A stretch of DNA of 64,000 bases from a phage. Below the pieces are notes generated by a model. The model was not told where the DNA came from. It saw only the letters and a list, made by a program, of their open reading frames with translations, and searched no databases. Shown in pieces: positions 60,486 to 64,000 of this stretch. The position numbers and the translations under genes are program-made. The stretch lies in sequence record PX880103.1; one strand, written 5' to 3'. Positions within the stretch are counted from its first letter, which is position 1. Every line of letters starts with the position of its first letter.

Positions 60486-61913
60486 CTAAAATTTTAATTC
60501 ATTTGCCAAAGCATCTAACTGAGCTCGAGCTGATTCGTTTCTTTGATAGCGATTCTGCTCAGCCTGAATCTGCTGTGAACCTGCTACCTCACTCACTTCA
60601 GTTGGAGTAGAATCTTGTTCAATTTCTACCCATTTCTGATTTCCTTTTTGAACACCCATCAAAAACTTATTCCATTTGTTCTTATCGCCATATCGTGATT
60701 TGATTTGCTTAATGAGTTGTTGCTCAGCAGCTGCCAACTCCTCGGTTTCAATGACCGCAAGCATAAAATCGGCTGTTGCTGGAAGACCGGCAGATTCTGC
60801 AATATCGCTCATGTTAACATCAGAAGAGTCCCAAGCTTGCTTACCAACCTGTGCTGCAGTCCAAAGAACAGTTTCGGTTTCAACAGCAAGAGCACGCAAT
60901 TCCTCTGCAATAGCTTTAACAGTTGTGTAACTATTTTCTGAATAAACTCTGATGCGGCAAGATTTACAAATACCTAGATAGTCGACAATAATGATTGTTG
61001 GAACAAAATTCTTTTTGAGCTTCAATTCGTTTAAAAGTGATCGAAATGTATTAGCATCTGCTCCGCCAGTAGGATACTGTTTAACGATTAAACGACCGAG
61101 AGTAGATTTCTCACGCCATTTTTCCATTTTTCCTTTATACTCAGCGTAAGAAATATGCCCATCATCAATGTCATCAAGAGAAACATCAAGCATATTAGCA
61201 TCAATACGTTTAGCACAGACTTCTTCTGCCATTTCCATGGAAATGTAAAGAACATTATGTCCGAGCTGCAAATAATCTGCTGCCAATGAACACAGACCTA
61301 ATGACTTACCAACGTTAACGCCAGCCATTAAAACGTTCAGTGTTCCAGTCTCAGCTCCGCCTTTAGTAATTTTGTTTAGAATTCTGAGTTTAAATGGAAC
61401 CTTACGAGCTTTATTCATATAAGATAGCCAACGTGCTTCGTAGTCATCCATCCAATCATGACCAACGTAGCTATCAAATGAAATAGATAATGCTTGGCGC
61501 ATGATGTCAGGAATAGCACCAACGTCCGGCATTTTCTTATTTCGTTTTTCCGGAGGAAGCTCAGCATTAGTTTGAATTTCGATTATTTTAGACGTAGCAT
61601 TAAACATCGCCCTTTGCTGAACATATTTTTCTGTTTCTTTTATTAACCAGCTGTGGTCTTCCGGAGAATCAGCTAGTTTTGAAATAAGTGTTTTTACACC
61701 AGAATATTCTGTTTCAGTAAATGAACTATTTTCTAATGCAACATTTAACGCATTAATAGATGGAACGCTATGATACTCATTGACATGAGATTTAATTAAT
61801 TTGAATGTATTTTTAGCTGGACCACTTTCAAAATATTCTGAATCCATATATGGCCAAACTTTTGAAAAATAAGCTTGATCAAATATGAGATGAGAAAGAA
61901 TAATTTCTACCAC
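60486..61913 (-). CDS. 41: gp41 replicative DNA helicase (DnaB-like)
   Basis: 475 aa = T4 gp41 length; Walker A GVNVGKS, helicase motifs. Confidence 0.95.
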   Translation of the reverse strand: MVEIILSHLIFDQAYFSKVWPYMDSEYFESGPAKNTFKLIKSHVNEYHSVPSINALNVALENSSFTETEYSGVKTLISKLADSPEDHSWLIKETEKYVQQRAMFNATSKIIEIQTNAELPPEKRNKKMPDVGAIPDIMRQALSISFDSYVGHDWMDDYEARWLSYMNKARKVPFKLRILNKITKGGAETGTLNVLMAGVNVGKSLGLCSLAADYLQLGHNVLYISMEMAEEVCAKRIDANMLDVSLDDIDDGHISYAEYKGKMEKWREKSTLGRLIVKQYPTGGADANTFRSLLNELKLKKNFVPTIIIVDYLGICKSCRIRVYSENSYTTVKAIAEELRALAVETETVLWTAAQVGKQAWDSSDVNMSDIAESAGLPATADFMLAVIETEELAAAEQQLIKQIKSRYGDKNKWNKFLMGVQKGNQKWVEIEQDSTPTEVSEVAGSQQIQAEQNRYQRNESARAQLDALANELKF

Positions 61914-61922
61914 ACTTACTCC

Positions 61923-62285
61923 TTAAAAGAATTTAAATTTTTTCTTTGACCTTTTATTAAATGCATCTTGCAGTTGCATTGTAATACATTTTTCTACATG
62001 AGGAGCTAACTCAGCTTTTCTTTCTTGGTCAAGAACAGCAAAGTCCATTACAACCTTTCCATCAACCCAATCCAGTTTAGTTACATACACTATATGTGTA
62101 GAACCATCTTCTAGTTTAATGACAATCTCCTGGATAACATTTTCCATAGCGGATTTAATTATCTTAAGAGACTCATTAAAAAGACGTTCTTTTCTTTCTT
62201 CTTCCCCCTCCGAAGAGGGGGATTCATCGATAATTTCTAGATCTAAATCTAAATCATCTTTATTCATTAAATTCTTCCATATCAC
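61923..62285 (-). CDS. 40: gp40 head vertex assembly chaperone
   Basis: 120-aa ORF between 41 and uvsX as in T4. Confidence 0.65.
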   Translation of the reverse strand: MIWKNLMNKDDLDLDLEIIDESPSSEGEEERKERLFNESLKIIKSAMENVIQEIVIKLEDGSTHIVYVTKLDWVDGKVVMDFAVLDQERKAELAPHVEKCITMQLQDAFNKRSKKKFKFF

Positions 62286-63441
62286 TTAACTGTTCGAGGT
62301 CAGTTTCTAAATCAGCTGCTGATTTACTTTTACTTTCTGGAGATTTAAATTTTTCAACCTTTGAGTTAATCAATTCATCAACTTCAGCTTCAACAATTTC
62401 ATTACTATCAATAGCACCTAACTGATAAGCACGTTTAATAGCATCTCGGAATGGTTGATGTTTAAATAAAGGACCCCAGAATGTAGTGCAGTTGGTATCT
62501 TTTGCACGCCAAGATTTTTCTTCACGAATCATCTCGCCGGTTTCTTCATCAAGAAATTCACGAGCATACCAACCGTTCTTAGGTTTTACCACAAATCCTA
62601 ATTCTAGAGCCATATCTAACAATCCAGAATAAGGATCGATACCACCGTCAAATTTAACATCAATAAAGAATTTACTTTTTTCTTTAACGGTACGAGATTT
62701 TTCTACATTTAGAACAAATTGATACCCTTGAAGATCGGAACCATCTTTAATCTGGCGCTTACCGATAATGAATACAGTATCAGCCGAATACATTACGCCT
62801 GTACCACCTGTCATCACGGTTTTACTAAACATTTCAATTGTTTCAATTGTATGGTTAACCGCAACACATGGAATATTTTTAATGCTAAAATAAGGAGTAA
62901 CAATACGGAATAATGACTTCAGTGATTTAGCACGAGTCATATCTGCCACAGATTTTTCATTCAAGGCATCTTCCGTTTCTTTCTTAGAAGCCATATTACC
63001 GATTGAGTCGATGAATACAATAACCTTTTCACCACGCTCAATAGCTTCAAGCTGGTTCACCATATCAATTTTCAGCTGTTCAACTGACTGGATTGGCGTA
63101 TGAATTACTCGTTCCGGGTCAACTCCCATGGATCGCAAATAAGCTGGAGTAATACCAAATTCGCTATCATAGAATAGACAAACCGCGTCAGGATATTTGT
63201 TCAAATATGCCGCAACCATAGTCAAAGACATATTTGATTTAAAGTGTTTAGAAGGTCCTGCGAAAATAGTTAAACCAGACTGCATACCGCCATCAATCGC
63301 GCCAGAAATAGCGATATTAAGCATTGGGATTTTTGTACGGATTACATCCTTTTCATTAAAGAATTTAGACGTAGTCAGTTCAGCAGTCATTTTAGAAGTG
63401 GAAGCTTTAATCAAACGGGATTTTAAATCTGCAATAGACAT
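62260..63441 (-). CDS. uvsX: UvsX recombinase (RecA-like)
   Basis: 393 aa; N-terminus SIADLKSRLIKASTSK, Walker A GPSKHFKSN, acidic C-terminus as in T4 UvsX. Confidence 0.93.
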   Translation of the reverse strand: MSIADLKSRLIKASTSKMTAELTTSKFFNEKDVIRTKIPMLNIAISGAIDGGMQSGLTIFAGPSKHFKSNMSLTMVAAYLNKYPDAVCLFYDSEFGITPAYLRSMGVDPERVIHTPIQSVEQLKIDMVNQLEAIERGEKVIVFIDSIGNMASKKETEDALNEKSVADMTRAKSLKSLFRIVTPYFSIKNIPCVAVNHTIETIEMFSKTVMTGGTGVMYSADTVFIIGKRQIKDGSDLQGYQFVLNVEKSRTVKEKSKFFIDVKFDGGIDPYSGLLDMALELGFVVKPKNGWYAREFLDEETGEMIREEKSWRAKDTNCTTFWGPLFKHQPFRDAIKRAYQLGAIDSNEIVEAEVDELINSKVEKFKSPESKSKSAADLETDLEQLSDMEEFNE

Positions 63442-63518
63442 TCATTTTTTCCATAGGCATCATTATATTTTCCTCACTGGTTAAAGATAGAGTAATTATA
63501 ACACAATAAATTTAGGCA

Positions 63519-64000
63519 TTAATCAACTGCTATTGGATGAATAGCATTAAACTTATGAAATGCTTCTGATTTTTCTTTACGCGAAACACACATGCGAAGA
63601 ACCTTTAGTGGTTCATCTTCTTCACCCAACGATTTTCGTTTTTCAATATTCGATGTTTTCCAACGAGCTTGCTCTGGAAACTCTCTATTGATTTGCTCAA
63701 GCGCTCTATTATGTTTAGAATTACTACGAATTGAACTGCACCCGCCAGGAGCTTGTGCTTTTCCAGATACAACCAGATATTTGAACAAGGCCAAATGCGG
63801 ATAACCTTGATTAATTAAATTGAGAAATGCATACATATCTTCGCATAAATCAATTTTTCCATACCCAATTTGTTCTGTCGTAAGTTTTCCGAGGTCATAC
63901 CATGTATTCGTGAATCCATATGAATTTTCACGATAATTACCCCAAGATGAAGTAATTTTAAAAATTGGTAAACGAGCATGACCATGATAATACCCGCAAT
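63519..64000 (-). CDS. C-terminal part of an ORF continuing beyond the right edge (T4 beta-gt locus equivalent), unassigned
   Basis: Minus-strand frame open from 63998 to stop at 63519 (track shows only the last 105 aa); does not match T4 beta-gt or gp42 as I recall them. Confidence 0.55.
   Translation of the reverse strand, partial: CGYYHGHARLPIFKITSSWGNYRENSYGFTNTWYDLGKLTTEQIGYGKIDLCEDMYAFLNLINQGYPHLALFKYLVVSGKAQAPGGCSSIRSNSKHNRALEQINREFPEQARWKTSNIEKRKSLGEEDEPLKVLRMCVSRKEKSEAFHKFNAIHPIAVD

Overview
This window is a 64 kb segment of a T-even (T4-like, Tequatrovirus-type) myovirus genome, AT-rich and densely packed. Gene calls rest on the supplied ORF track plus my recollection of T4 protein sequences, lengths and gene order; no database search was run. 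Minus-strand early/middle genes run from the 5' part of DNA ligase gene 30 through rIII, 31, cd, pseT, alc, rnlA, denA, nrdB, nrdA, td, frd, 32, 59, 33, dsbA and rnh. The plus strand carries the late long-tail-fibre operon 34-35-36-37-38 and holin t. Minus-strand genes then resume: asiA, arn, motA, 52, stp, ndd, denB, rIIB, rIIA, 39, motB, dexA, dda, srd, modA, modB, soc, 56, 61, sp, dmd, 41, 40, uvsX and a truncated ORF at the right edge. Many sigma70-type early promoters (GTTTAC -35 on the minus strand), three late TATAAATA promoters and GC-rich hairpin terminators sit between genes. The phage is not T4 itself: td and nrdB are intron-less, gene 39 is unsplit (606 aa), gp37 is 1180 aa with a C-terminal chaperone-like domain, and gp38 is a 259-aa glycine-rich T2/S16-type adhesin. 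No tRNA, rRNA or CRISPR array was found. The best candidates for undescribed biology are: a 115-aa ORF between frd and td; an HNH/NUMOD3 homing-endonuclease-like gene with an opposite-strand membrane ORF between 56 and 61; a HAD-like/NADAR-like gene pair near gene 30; an ORF-free GC-enriched 350 bp segment next to rIII; and clusters of tiny membrane peptides and lipoproteins in hyperplastic intervals. The ORF track uses GTG/TTG as starts in places, so several true starts are probably internal ATGs; hand-derived small-ORF coordinates are +/-2 nt.
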